Shown: positions 10,250-21,640 of the stretch, in pieces
Position numbering within the stretch: the stretch's first letter is position 1
Layout of the letters: each line of letters starts with the position of its first letter
Assembly (NCBI GenBank): GCA_963796685.1
Contig: CAWCMR010000026.1
Coordinates: 1-64,000 of the forward strand
Length of the DNA: 64,000 nt
Reading direction: 5' to 3'
Source: an uncultured delta proteobacterium
GTDB lineage: Bacteria; Myxococcota_A; Polyangia; Fen-1088
Notes under the pieces: model-generated
The model's input: only the letters and a program-made list of their open reading frames with translations
What the model was told of the DNA's origin: nothing
Database searches by the model: none
Program-made: the position numbers and the translations under genes

Positions 10250-11380
10250 ATGGCGGACACCCTGGCCAGCTTTCGCGGCTTGTTTCCCATCACCAGGACC
10301 TGCCACTACCTGAACCACGCGGCCGTGTCGCCGACCTCGACGCGCGTACGCGATGCCGTCCAGGACTGGGTCGGCGATCTGGTCCACCACGGCATGGCCA
10401 ACATCTCGGATTGGGTGCGCCGCGAGCGCGACACGCGCGCCGTGGCCGCGCGCATCCTGGGGGCCTCGCCCGACGAGGTGACGTTCGTGCGCAGCACCTC
10501 GCACGGTCTTTCCTCGTTCGCCGAGGGCTTGGCCTGGCAGCCGGGCGACGAAGTCGCGGTGTGCACGGAGCTGGAATACCCGGCGAACGTCTACCCGTGG
10601 ATGCACCTCGGCAGCCGGGGCGTCGTCGTGCGCTCCATCGCGGCCACCGATGGCGGTGTCACGCGCGAGGCAGTGGCGCAAGCCATCGGGCCGCGTACCC
10701 GCGTGGTGTCCGTCAGCTCGGTCGAATTCGCGACCGGTGTCGGCAACGATCTCGAGGCCATCGGCGCGCTCTGCCGCGAGCGCGGGGTGCTCTTCTGCGT
10801 CGACGGCATTCAAAGCGTGGGCGCGTTCCCCATCGACGTGGTGAAGGCAAACATCGATTTTCTGGCCGCCGATAGTCACAAGTGGCAACTGGGACTGCCC
10901 GGCATCGGTATCGCCTACGTTCGTCGCGAGGTCCTTCCCGCCATTCGGCCGTCCGTGGTGGGCTGGAAGAGCGTGAAGAACCCGCTCGATTTCGATCATC
11001 TGCGCTTCGAGTTGCGCGAGGACGCGGCCAAGCTGGAGGAGGGGACGCAGAGCTTCGCCACCATCCTCGGCATGGGCGCCGCGCTCGGCCTGCTCGACGA
11101 GATCGGCATCGACCGCATCGCCGCGCACATCGTGGCTTGGCTGGTGGAGGCGGAGAGCTTCTTGGCCGCCGCGGGACTCGATCCCGGTCCACGTGGAGGG
11201 GTTCGCAAGGGCATCCTGACCTTCCGCCCGCCCTCGGGTAGCGCCGAGGACTTCGTGGGCCGCGCAGGCAAGGCGGGCGTGGTGCTCTCGCCTCGTCGCG
11301 GCCGGGTGCGCATCTCCCCGCATTTCTACAACGGCGAGGCCGAGCTGGCGGCGCTGGCGGATCTCGTGCGCGCGGGGTGA
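10250..11380 (+). CDS. Class-V PLP-dependent enzyme (cysteine desulfurase/lyase-like)
   Basis: YLNHAAVSP, VDGIQ, SHKW (PLP Lys) and RISPHFYN. Confidence 0.85.
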   Translation: MADTLASFRGLFPITRTCHYLNHAAVSPTSTRVRDAVQDWVGDLVHHGMANISDWVRRERDTRAVAARILGASPDEVTFVRSTSHGLSSFAEGLAWQPGDEVAVCTELEYPANVYPWMHLGSRGVVVRSIAATDGGVTREAVAQAIGPRTRVVSVSSVEFATGVGNDLEAIGALCRERGVLFCVDGIQSVGAFPIDVVKANIDFLAADSHKWQLGLPGIGIAYVRREVLPAIRPSVVGWKSVKNPLDFDHLRFELREDAAKLEEGTQSFATILGMGAALGLLDEIGIDRIAAHIVAWLVEAESFLAAAGLDPGPRGGVRKGILTFRPPSGSAEDFVGRAGKAGVVLSPRRGRVRISPHFYNGEAELAALADLVRAG

Positions 11381-12429
11381 CGGCCATGAAGATGGAGCGC
11401 AGGGACTTCCTGAGGGCCTCGCTCGCGGGCGCCTTGTTGGTTGGAGGTTGCGGCAACGACAGGGCGCGCACGACGTGCAACCGGCGAATCGGCGATGCCC
11501 ACGCGGGAGGCGTCCATGCCCTCGCCGTCGACCCCGGTGGAGCCCTGCTGGCTTCGGGCGGCGCGGACGCGCTCATCAAGCTGTGGCGTTTGCCGGGTGG
11601 GGCATTGTTGGGCGCGCTGGCGGGGCATACCCAGGATGTCACCTCCTTGGCCATTTCGCCCGACGGAACCCGTCTGGCCTCGGGCAGCGCGGACAGCACG
11701 GTCAAGCTGTGGAGTCTTGCGGATGGGACCTTGCTGGCCACGCTGGCAGGGCACACGCTGCCTATCGCGGGACTGGCCTTCACCCCGGACGGCCGGCTGC
11801 TCGCCTCGGGCAGCGCGGACGCCACCGTCAGATTGTGGAACGTCGCCGACGGCAGCTTGCTGGCGACCCTCGCCGGGCACAGCCTCGCGGTCAAGGATGT
11901 CGCGGTCAGTCCCGACGGCACGCTCTTGGTCTCGTCGGGCGAAGACCAAACCATGAACCTGTGGAGTCTGCCCGGCGGCGCCCTGGCGAGCACGATTCCA
12001 ACCCCAAGCGGTTGGGTGGATTCCTTGGCCTTCAGCGCGGATGGAACGCTGTTGGTCACGGGCGGCAACAGTGACGGCAACGCCGTCTCGCTTTGGAGCA
12101 TGCCGGTCTGCGCGCTCGCCAAGACCCTCAAGGGACACCTCGGCGAGGTCGAGGCGGTTGCCATCACGCCGGATCAGACGATGGTGGCTTCGGGCGGGCT
12201 CGACGAGACCATCAGGCTGTGGCACGTATCCAACGGTGGCATCGCACGGGTCATCGAAGATCATTCGAATACCATCGACGCCTTGGCCGTCACGCCCGAC
12301 GGAAAGCTGCTGGTCTCGGCCAGCGCCGACCGAAGCGTGCGATTCTGGAATCTGCCGAGCGGTGCCTACGCCGGCAGCGCGAGCGACCCGGCCCTGCCGG
12401 TTCAAACCGTGGTGTCGTTCACTTGCTAG
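11377..12429 (+). CDS. Tat-signal WD40-repeat lipoprotein
   Basis: RRDFL twin-arginine motif with lipobox VGGC; about 7-8 GH...ASGSAD.TVKLW repeats. Confidence 0.85.
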   Translation: MTAMKMERRDFLRASLAGALLVGGCGNDRARTTCNRRIGDAHAGGVHALAVDPGGALLASGGADALIKLWRLPGGALLGALAGHTQDVTSLAISPDGTRLASGSADSTVKLWSLADGTLLATLAGHTLPIAGLAFTPDGRLLASGSADATVRLWNVADGSLLATLAGHSLAVKDVAVSPDGTLLVSSGEDQTMNLWSLPGGALASTIPTPSGWVDSLAFSADGTLLVTGGNSDGNAVSLWSMPVCALAKTLKGHLGEVEAVAITPDQTMVASGGLDETIRLWHVSNGGIARVIEDHSNTIDALAVTPDGKLLVSASADRSVRFWNLPSGAYAGSASDPALPVQTVVSFTC

Positions 12430-12484
12430 TAAGGATTTCCACGGAGCGGAAATGGGCTAACCTGGCTGGGCGCGGAGGACGAGT

Positions 12485-12538
12485 TTGGCGCCATTCCACC
12501 TGCGTAACGAAACCGTCCATCAAACCGGGTCAACCCCA
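12485..12538 (+). mobile_element. Solo right end of an IS3-family element (remnant)
   Basis: GAIPPA* followed by CCGTCCATCAAACCGGGTCAACCCCA, which resembles IS3-family right IRs ending in CA. Confidence 0.45.
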
Positions 12539-12557
12539 GCTTAACGACAAGGGCAGA

Positions 12558-12941
12558 CTACGACGGGGTCGGCGAGTAGGCGACCTGAAGTCCATCGGCC
12601 AGCGTGAAGAATCGTGGGTCTCCAGTCCAGATCCGGAATCCCGCGACCACCGCGGATGCCAGGATGTTTACGTCAATCCAGCCGACACCTCGCCCGAATA
12701 GTCGTCGTTCACGCACGAACTCGACGACTTCGTGGTGAGCGACCGTACTGGCTTGGTGCATCTGGGCGTAGGCTTCGAGAAGATTCCTTCTTCCGCCACC
12801 TATGTCGCCGAGAAGTAGTTCGCCGAAAACCATTTCGTGGCCTACTACCTCGTCGCGACCAAGAAGCTCGTCGAGGCCGCTGGCGAATGGCTCGCGACCT
12901 GCCAAGAATCGAATCCAGACCGAAGTGTCGACTAGGACCAT
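12558..12941 (-). CDS. vapC: PIN-domain toxin (VapC)
   Basis: VLVDTSVWI, GEL, GWID, WTGD acidic PIN residues. Confidence 0.88.
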   Translation of the reverse strand: MVLVDTSVWIRFLAGREPFASGLDELLGRDEVVGHEMVFGELLLGDIGGGRRNLLEAYAQMHQASTVAHHEVVEFVRERRLFGRGVGWIDVNILASAVVAGFRIWTGDPRFFTLADGLQVAYSPTPS

Positions 12942-13153
12942 CAGGCTACCCTACGGCTTCGCGGCGGCTCCCTCCGGCGGGGCACGTCGCGGACGCGTGG
13001 CTCGACACCACGAAGCGCACGTAACCGTTCATAGGCGGCGTGACGGACGAGCGCCTCGAGGCCGAGTCGAACAGTTTCCGTGTCGGTGCTGGCACGGCAT
13101 GCAACTTTGGCATGTCGAAGTAGCTCATCGTCGATGTGCAGCGTCTTCTTCAT
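12941..13153 (-). CDS. vapB: VapB-family antitoxin
   Basis: MKKTLHIDDELL RHH-type start, 70 aa, 1-bp overlap with the vapC start. Confidence 0.8.
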   Translation of the reverse strand: MKKTLHIDDELLRHAKVACRASTDTETVRLGLEALVRHAAYERLRALRGVEPRVRDVPRRREPPRSRRVA

Positions 13154-13735
13154 ACGCCCTATACTACCATACCTTGATGGCATGTTTATCCATATCGCTG
13201 CCCGTAAAGCCGTTGCGGCGGACAGGGCCTGTCCACTCTCGGGTCGAAGCTCGACCCGCCGTGGCCGCGCGGCTCGACGGCAAGGCGTTGACCAGACACG
13301 CCAGCAATCGCGCTCTCTCTGTGGTTCCCACCCTGTCGCGCCGGCACTACACTCGGCGGCTGGACAGCCGCCTTGGGCCATAGAAAGCGTTGGCGATTGA
13401 TTGAACCAGAACAGGGCGACACGCTTCTGGGCCTGGCAGTCTGCCATCCGACGACCAACCTGTGCACGCCGGCAGGCACCATCGTCCACGCCGAGGCAGG
13501 CGCAGCGAAAGCTCTGGCGGAGTGAAAGCCTGTTCGAAGCCGTGCACGCGGCCCGCGCGCGGAACGCGTTGACCTCGAGCAGGTAATGCCCGGACCTGAT
13601 TCAGTCGAAGGCGTGCGATTGCAGGCGCCCTTTGCCGGGCAAGGCCCCTCTGGCCAGGGCCTGTGCTATACGGGGCTCATCGACCGAGGCCACAATGGCC
13701 GTGGTGCAAACCCTCGTCGGAACGGAAGGCCTTTC

Positions 13736-14416
13736 ATGCATCTACCAATCGTGAGGTTCGGAATCGCCGTCGCCGCCAGCATCGCGGTGGCCGCCTGTGG
13801 GGGCTCGTCGAAGAAGACTGTCGATGCGGGGGACGCGCGCGCGAGCGAGGCGACGCCCGATGTCGGTATGGATACGTCGGTACCGGGCCGCGATAGTGCT
13901 GCAGACCAACCCTTGGCCAGCGGTGAGGCTGGTTCGACAGACGATGTCCCCCCGAAAGAAACCGCCGCCGACGAGGCAGGGGTGGACGGATCCCTCGCGC
14001 GCCACGATGTTGAGGTGATGGATGTCGGCCTGGCTGGTGTCGTCGATGGGCGCGGCGACGCCTACGGGGAGGCTGGTGCCATTGACGCCCAAGCCGGCGC
14101 CTCGCTCACGGTCAACCCCACGAAGGGCGACTTCGGGATCACGATGGGCGCGCCCAGCGACCCCATCGTCTTCACGGTGAGTAACGTCGGGTCGATCGCT
14201 TCCGGCAGCCCGAAGGTCACGACCAGCGGATGCAAATTCATGAAGATCACGGGCAACTCCTGCGTCGCGCCGGTGCCGCCTGGGGAATCCTGCAAGGTCA
14301 CCATGGTGTTCGACGCCCCAGGTGGGGCGGGCGGATGCTCTGGCTCGTTGATCATCGTGGCGGAGGGCTTCCCCGGTGGCCAGGTGACCATCCCGCTCAG
14401 TGGCGAGGTTCCCTGA
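13736..14416 (+). CDS. Lipoprotein with C-terminal Ig-like (choice-of-anchor D/ASH-like) domain
   Basis: Lipobox VAAC, low-complexity linker, FTVSNVG...C..PV.PGESCKVTMVF...IPLSG. Confidence 0.7.
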   Translation: MHLPIVRFGIAVAASIAVAACGGSSKKTVDAGDARASEATPDVGMDTSVPGRDSAADQPLASGEAGSTDDVPPKETAADEAGVDGSLARHDVEVMDVGLAGVVDGRGDAYGEAGAIDAQAGASLTVNPTKGDFGITMGAPSDPIVFTVSNVGSIASGSPKVTTSGCKFMKITGNSCVAPVPPGESCKVTMVFDAPGGAGGCSGSLIIVAEGFPGGQVTIPLSGEVP

Positions 14417-14726
14417 GCCGCGTCCGGGCTCGCTCTCGCCCGCGCGGACGCACGTGCCGGCGTGGCGCGTGGCGGCGTAGTCAAATTCCACCAACACCGC
14501 GGATGGGGGGCACCCCAACGCTGCGGGATCGCAGCTCATGGCCGATGTGTGGATACCCGGCCTTGTCGCCCAGGGATTTCCTCGCCCGCCTTCATGCGTG
14601 GAGGACCGGAAGCTGGGGCAGTTTTCGCTGGCGGGGGCAGCGCCCGGCAAGGGATGCTAGGACGATGTCCAACCCACCGTCGGCCTGGTTCTGAATGGCA
14701 AACCCAGCAAGCACGCAAACCGCTTC

Positions 14727-15707
14727 ATGGCATCACCCTGGGACGGATGCCAAGTGCAAGAGATGGACATGGACCTGGATGCGCTAAATAGCGCGACCCT
14801 CGATACCCTCATCGCGCGTTTTCCCCAGGAATGGGAGATCGTGGGCCGCAATCTCGTCACGGCCACGGCCAGCCATCGCACGCAGGACATCGAGGCCTTC
14901 ATTCTGCGTGCTCGCGAAGAGGCCGCGCCTTGGCTGCGCCGCGTGCAGAAGAGCCACGAGAATCCCAAGGTTCTGGCCAGCGCGCTGCCCGCCATCGTTT
15001 GCGCCCGCATGGCCTTCCTGGCCGCCCAGCGCGCGGTTCAAGCCGCAGCCCTGGGCGGTTCCTCGGGGCGCGTCCGGTTTGGCTTGTGGAGCGGCTTCTG
15101 GGTGCAGAAGCTCTTCTTCTCGCGTGGTCTTACGCGCAAGCCGGTTTCCCTGCGCGCTTTCCGGCGCTGGTGGCCGTGGATCACGCAGAAACGACTGCTC
15201 ATGCCACTGGTCGAGCCGAAGGGGATCTACGCCTTTTACTCGCAAGAGCTCATTGCCGCGCTGGCCGCGCGCATCGGCGCTCGCGCATGTCTGGAAATCG
15301 CGGCAGGCGATGGCACGCTGACGCGCTTTCTAGCCGGAGCCGGCGTGCGCGTTCGCGCCACCGATGACCACAGCTGGTCGCACGCCATCCAGTTTCCCGA
15401 GGAGGTCGAAAAGCTGGATGCCAGCCAGGCCCTCCTGCGCTACCAGCCGAGGGTGGTGCTTTGCGCGTTTCCCCCGCCGCACAACACCTTCGAGCGCGAG
15501 GTGTTTTGCACCCCCTCCGTGGACCTGTACATCGTGCTGACCACGCAGCACGAGTTCGCCGCGGGCGACTGGGCCGCGTACGAAAACCAATCCGATTTCG
15601 TGCCGCAATCCTCTCCTGACTTGGACCGTTTGCTCTTGCCCCCAATGATCGATCCGCGGGTCCTGGTGTTTGAACGCAAGCAACGCCCGGCTCACCGCCG
15701 CGACTGA
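14727..15707 (+). CDS. Putative class I SAM-dependent methyltransferase-like protein
   Basis: CLEIAAGDG motif I and ATDD motif II; start uncertain. Confidence 0.6.
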   Translation: MASPWDGCQVQEMDMDLDALNSATLDTLIARFPQEWEIVGRNLVTATASHRTQDIEAFILRAREEAAPWLRRVQKSHENPKVLASALPAIVCARMAFLAAQRAVQAAALGGSSGRVRFGLWSGFWVQKLFFSRGLTRKPVSLRAFRRWWPWITQKRLLMPLVEPKGIYAFYSQELIAALAARIGARACLEIAAGDGTLTRFLAGAGVRVRATDDHSWSHAIQFPEEVEKLDASQALLRYQPRVVLCAFPPPHNTFEREVFCTPSVDLYIVLTTQHEFAAGDWAAYENQSDFVPQSSPDLDRLLLPPMIDPRVLVFERKQRPAHRRD

Positions 15708-15758
15708 GCTCTTTGGCGGGCTCGCGCTGCTGCTCGGACTCGGCACCCGCCTGGCACC

Positions 15759-16246
15759 AAGGAATACGAGGCCGCCTACGAGCTAACTGTCGACCCCAAT
15801 ATGCTCTTCAACATCGCCCAATCCTACCGGCTGGCGGGCGAGAGCGAGAAGGCCATCACGGCCTACCGGTCGTTCATTCGTTCGGCTCCGAAGAGCGACC
15901 AGCGCGGTTTGGCCGAAGCCAAGGTGCGCGAGCTCGAGCAGCAGCGTGCTGCTCGACCGCCGGCCACCCTGTTGCTCCGGCGCTGGCCCCGACACCGCCG
16001 CTCGCGGCGCCGGCCGCCTCGTCGCCGGTGTTTTCCCCGGCCCCCGTCCCGGCCGCATCCCCAGGTGCGTCGGAGGGACGCCTTGCAGCCGGCGCAGTTG
16101 CCGCGCCGTCTCCGGCGAACGTTCTCGTATCCACCCCGGTATCGGAGCCGGTACCGGCTACTCGCCGCAATAATTCCGATCGACGACCGAACGCCGCCCC
16201 CGGCCGCCCAGGAAGTCCGACCAAGAAACCGAGCTCTTGGCCGTGA
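15759..16246 (+). pseudogene. Truncated myxobacterial TPR protein remnant
   Basis: KEYEAAYEL..DPNMLFNIAQSYRLAG..EKAITAYRSF TPR with no N-terminus, then a frameshift into a Pro-rich tail. Confidence 0.5.
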
Positions 16247-16385
16247 AGATGCACATGGGGGCCTCGGTATTCCAGCCCGGTCTGGCGCCCGGCTCTTGAC
16301 GCTCTGTGATTGTTTTCCGCTGCGACGCCTGATAGGGTCCGCGCCGTTCCCGACCTGCGATGAATTTGATGCCGAGGAGAGCTTT

Positions 16386-19300
16386 ATGACCAGCCAAAGT
16401 CGTCCGTTCGCTGCCCGGAACCGTTTTGCTCTCGTGGCGCTAACCGCCTGCTTGCTCAGCCCAGATTGTCGTGGACGTTCCGGCTCGACCGGAAACGACG
16501 ACCCCGGCCTCGAAAAAGCCTCCTACGCCCTCACCCTCGGGGGCGGGATTTCGTCCATGTCGTTGCGGCTCGATCGAGCTTCACGAACGCCTGCGTAGCC
16601 AACCAAGTGCAGTCCGCTTTCCAAGTCACGAACAACGGCACGACCTCCGTCGCACTGTCAGATATCAGCATCAAGATGTGGGTCTACGACACGACGGCCA
16701 CCCAGCGAATCGTGACGGACGTGAACGCGGGTGGCTGCGCGACCGTTGGGTCAAGCTGCGTGCACCAAGTGACGGGTGTGAAGGCGACCGTGGCGTCGGC
16801 CAGTCCGGCGTGCGGTCCCGATGCCAATCACCAGGCGAGCTGGGAGATCACCATCTCGTCTACCGACACCACAGCACTGGCGGCGGGCGGGCGGTGGACC
16901 AACATGCAGACGGGGATCCATCTCGGCAACTGGGCCAACTTCACGCCGGGCACGAGCCGGTGGTTCAGTCCTTGTCTCACGAGCGGCGGAGCTTATGTCG
17001 CCGATCCGCACTATGCCGTCTACTACAAGGGTGACCTGGTGTTCGCCTCAGGCGTGAACACGCCGCCTTGCCGCGGCCCCATCGGCACGCAGCCACTCTC
17101 CGGCTACCGGACGCCGCAGATTGCGAGCGCGCCCTTGGTGGGTCCCGTACCTCCCGAGACCCCGATGTACCTGACCGTCGGGTTGCCGGTGCGAAATCAA
17201 GCTGCTCTCAAGCAGTTCATTCGAGACGCGGCCAGCCCGACCCAGCCGCAGACCTACCGCCAATACCTCACGCCGGAGCAGTATGCCAGCAACTACGGGC
17301 CCTTGAGGACGGACTACCAGAAGGTGATCGACTGGGCCCAGGCGGCCGGTTTCACGGTGACGAAGACATTTCCGGACCACATGCTGGTTTCCATCCGAGG
17401 AACGGCAGCGAAGATCGAGAAGGCGCTGTTCTTGAATCTCAACTACTACAGCCGACCTGACGGCACGCAGTTCTACGCGCCCGATCGGGAGCCATCCGTG
17501 AACCTCGCGCCGACCCTCCGTCGCGTCAGCAATCTCGAGAACTTCTATGTCCCCAAGCCGAACCTAGACACCGAGACCGGCCAATTGCTCGGGCCGACCG
17601 ACTTTCACGACAACTATGCGGGTTGCCATCCCGAGCTCCAGGGCGACGGCCAAACCGTCGCCCTCTTTTCCTATGCAGCCTACGACATCGACGAGTTGAA
17701 GGCCTACGGGGCTGCGGCCGGCATCCCGGAGAGCGACTTCGCAAACGTGAGCATGGTAAGCGTCCAGGGCGCGTCGACCACGCCCGACACAGGAAGGAGA
17801 CTCGAGGAAGCGAACATGGACGTCGAGATGGTGCTGTCGATGGCGCCCAAGGCGAGCGTCGTCATGTATGTGTCGCCTCCGGACCTGGCGGGCACGAACG
17901 AAGCTCTTGCGCTAATCGCCAACTCTCAGGCGCTTCAGGTGTCCTCGTCGTGGGGCATGTTCAGCGACGCGGAGACTCAGGATTTGCTCGACGAGCTGGC
18001 GTCCCAACGGCAGTCGTTCTTCCATGCCTCGGGTGATAGTGGCGGCATTCCGGTCGATTCGGGCGGCATCTGGGACATGGAAAACGTCACGTTGGTCGGT
18101 GGCACGACCCCTCTGATCTACTTCCTTGTGGGGTCAACTCCGCTTAACCTCAATCGCGACACGGCCTGGTCCGGAAGCGGCGGCGGTGTGCTGACGAATG
18201 TTCCGTTGCCGTACTACCAGGTGGGCGTACCAGGGCTCGCGTCGGCGACCCATCGCAACTTTCCTGACGTGGCCGCCTACGCCAGTACGGTAGAGCGGTA
18301 TGCGAACGGAAAGATGGTTACCGAATGTTGCGCGGGAACGAGTGCGTCCTCTCCCATCTGGGCGGGCTTCATCGCGCTCGCCAACTCGCTGAGCGCCGAG
18401 CACGGCTTGCCGGCAGCGGGATTCATCAATCCGGCCATCTACTTCATCGGCCAGTCGTCGGATTACGAGACCAGATTCACGGACATCACGTTGGGAGCCA
18501 CGCCCAACACGGACCCGGCGGGGACGGCTGGGGTGCCGACGTACTTTGCGTCGGAAGGGTACGATCTGACGACCGGGTGGGGCAGCCCGAAGTGCGCCCT
18601 GATCGACAAGCTGGCCACCCCATGTGCGCCGTCCGACACCGATCCCCACAATTGCGGCGCCTGCTGGCACGATTGTCTGGGCGGAGCCTGTGTGGGGGGC
18701 GTCTGCCAGCCCGTGCGTTTCCAAGGCCTCGGAGTCGACCCGGGCGGCCACTACACCCTTGCCAGTATTGCCAGCGCGGTAAGCCCCGATGGCACCACCG
18801 TCGCGGGCACGGTGTATGGCAACTCTTATGCCCTGTGGTCTGCCTTCAGATGGACGGCAGCAGCTGGAATGGTACTTCGCTTCGGTCTGTCGGAAGGGGA
18901 AACCGATGCCGCTGCGATTTCCGCCGTCAACATCGTGGGAAGCGAAACTGGAACCGTCAGGCAAGCTCTCGTCTGGAACGGCGGCAAGGCCATCCGCCTG
19001 ACCGGATTCGGCACCGACGACACCTATGCGACGGGCGTCGCCGCCAATTGGTCGGCCTACGGATCGGTCGTGGTCGGATACTCCGATGGTTCGAGTGGCA
19101 AGAGAGCATTGCGCTGGGCCAATCTGGCCGTCGCACCACAAGCGCTCGATGCAGGGGCCACCTACGCCTGGAGTATCGCCAACGGTGTCTCCGCGGATGG
19201 CTCCATCGTCGTGGGCAACACCTCTCAAGGGGCTTTTCAATGGACAGCGGCCGGCGGTCTCACGATTCTGCCCGGCGGCGCCGCCGGGACAGGCGCCAAC

Positions 19301-19636
19301 GCGATCAGCGCGGATGGCACGGTCGTCGCGGGCACGAATGGTTCGGGAGCCGTGCGATGGGTGAATGGGCAAGCGGCCACTGCTCTTGGCGGTACCGAGG
19401 CCGCCAGGGCGGTCAATGGCGACGGCAGCGTGGTCGTCGGCGGGTACGCCGAGGCATTCATCTGGGATGCAGCCAACGGCTATCGTGCGCTTGCGACGGT
19501 GCTGACCGCCGCTGGCGCCGACCTGACGGGATGGACGCTGACCGGCGCAACGGGCGTTTCCAGCGACGGGAAAGTCATCGTGGGCGTTGGTAGCCACAAC
19601 GACTCTGACGAAGGATGGATAGCCCGACTTCCGTAG
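16386..19636 (+). CDS. Secreted S53 (sedolisin/kumamolisin) peptidase with N-terminal CBM3-like domain and C-terminal HAF-repeat propeller; frameshift near 16575
   Basis: Pro-domain YRQYLTPEQY; E-x3-D (EANMD), SGDSG, GTSASSP and GYDLTTGWGSP; CBM3-like VTNNGTTSVALSDISIK...IHLGNWANF; DPHNCGAC myxobacterial Cys motif; A.GVSADGSVVVG repeats. Confidence 0.8.
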
Positions 19637-19757
19637 GGGGCTGCGGCCAAGGCGCGGTTGGGTCGAGACATCGGCCTGGCGATGTCCTACCGTCACCTCG
19701 GACTCCTCGGGGGGACCTCTTTCAACTTCGGCCTAGGGCTGGGCGATGTTGCGCGAG

Positions 19758-20686
19758 TCACGGGAAGAACTGCGCGCCCTGCCCGCGTTGCAGGTCGAAG
19801 TCGAAGCGGCCAGTCGTGGGATCGCCGCCCATCGTGCCCCCAATCTGAGGTTGCGGCTTGGGTAGGTTGTTGATGGCCGCGTGCACGACGGCGTCGTCAA
19901 CAAGGGCGAGAAAGAAGCTCGTGGCGTAGATGCGTTCGCCAAACTGGAGGTGGAACTTGGGGCTGATCGGATCCCGGTCTTGCGGCTGGCGATCGACCTG
20001 CGCGGCGCTGCCGAATTCCTGAAACTCGACCCAGGACTCCCACATCCCATTGCTCACGATGGGCTGTGCCGCCGTGGCGTAGGAGAGGGGCACCTCGGCC
20101 GAAACCGCGCTGCCCACGAGCGCGGTAGGACGACTGGTGCTGCCCGGGGGAGCTCGCGCGTACAAGTCGAGCCAAGGACCAGGGACGCTCGAATGTCGCT
20201 GTCGTATTGGATGCGCATGCGCCCGGGACTCGTATCCGAAGCGCGAAAGCAATTCGACTCCTTCCAGTCGTTGAGGCCCGTGGTTGGATCCACGCGGCCG
20301 CGCACGCAACGTGCGGCTTCGTACGAGCTGGTCACGTCGAAGGTGAGGACGTCGTCGAGCTCGATCTGCTTTCCCGAACGCTGGAGCCTGATAATGACCC
20401 TGTTCTTCATGATGGCGGAGCCCGCGTTGTACTCACGTAGATCATCGATGGGCTCGCCGGCGAAGAAAGTCGGTGCGAGGTCGTAGGGCACCGGATTGGC
20501 CTCCGTGCCACAAACGTCTGGTGCCGAGCAATAGTCTCCCTGGTCGTTGCACCCGTACTCGTAGAGAACGCCGCTGGCTGCTCCGACGCCTTTGCCGACC
20601 GAGCACGAACACAAACCGAAAGCGCCGAAAGCGCCGAAGGCGCCGACGAGCCGAATGCCGTTCCTGGTGAAAGTGACCACCGCCAT
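19758..20686 (-). CDS. Hypothetical Cys-containing lipoprotein; frameshifted near 20130
   Basis: Signal with CSC; ORFs 20054..20686 and 19758..20309 join into one product ending RGQGAQFFP. Confidence 0.55.
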
Positions 20687-20799
20687 GACCGCCGCGAGCC
20701 TACTCTAGCAGGTATCGAGAGCGCCGGCGGCTCGGCAACAAGAGCTACGTCCCATGGGGGGCGCGCCAGTCCCGCCCCATCGAACGCGGGTGTTTTCGT

Positions 20800-21405
20800 T
20801 CACTTGCTAGCCAGCGCGGGGGGGTGCTGTCGATGGGCGCCCGGGTAGGCGGCCATGACCTTGCGTACGTAGAATTCGGTTTCGCCGTTCTTGGGAATGG
20901 TGCGGTTGACGATGGCGCCGGGTCCCGCGTTGTAGGCGGCCACGGCCAGGCGAACGTCGTGGAAGTGGGCGAGCTGCGCGGCCAGGTAGCGGCCGCTACC
21001 GTCGACCGCTTCGGCCGGATCGAAGGGATCCGATACGCCGAGCAAGCGGGCCGTCGCGGGCGTCAGCTGGCCGGGCCCCATGGCGCCCGCCGACGAGATG
21101 CGATGGACGCGACCATTCGATTCGACTTGGATGATGGCGCCGAGCAAGCCGCGTGGCAGGTGGTACTTGGCCTCGGCCATGGCCACGGTGTCGTCGATGG
21201 AGGCGTGGCCGCGGAAGAGGCAGACGGGCCGGTGCAAGGCATAGCGCCCGAGGGCCGAGACCTTGTTGCGCAGAAAGAACGGCGACAGGGGAAAGACCAG
21301 CGAGTTGCCGAAGAAGGCCACCGACAGGTTGAGCAGGCACAGCGGCGCGAGCAGCACCAGCGTCCAGGGCGCCCACTTGGGGATGCGTGCCTTCTTGCGA
21401 GCCAT
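20800..21405 (-). CDS. SLT-family lytic transglycosylase
   Basis: QVES, GAMGPGQL and AAYNAGPG motifs; N-terminal TM. Confidence 0.88.
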   Translation of the reverse strand: MARKKARIPKWAPWTLVLLAPLCLLNLSVAFFGNSLVFPLSPFFLRNKVSALGRYALHRPVCLFRGHASIDDTVAMAEAKYHLPRGLLGAIIQVESNGRVHRISSAGAMGPGQLTPATARLLGVSDPFDPAEAVDGSGRYLAAQLAHFHDVRLAVAAYNAGPGAIVNRTIPKNGETEFYVRKVMAAYPGAHRQHPPALASK

Positions 21406-21467
21406 GCCCATGCATAGCCGCTCGGCGCGCACGGCACAAATTTCGGCGTCCTATCGCACCCCTTGCA

Positions 21468-21640
21468 TCAGAAGAGATCTCCGGCTCCACCGTATTTCTT
21501 GAGCTTTGCGTACAGCGTCGAGGTGGCGATGCCAAGAGCGCGCGCGGCCCGCGTGCGGTTGCCGTGGTGCTCTTGCAAGGCTTCCTGGATGGCCGCCCTT
21601 TCTTACGCCTCGAGCGACTGACCGGTAACGACGGGGGGCG
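21468..21640 (-). pseudogene. Fis-type HTH_8 C-terminus of a sigma54 activator, with internal stop
   Basis: Translates as QSLEA*ERAAIQEALQEHHGNRTRAARALGIATSTLYAKLKKYG. Confidence 0.7.

Noticed and set aside
13160-13730. Possible ncRNA or gene in the long intergenic region
   Set aside because: No recognisable motif, structure or convincing ORF
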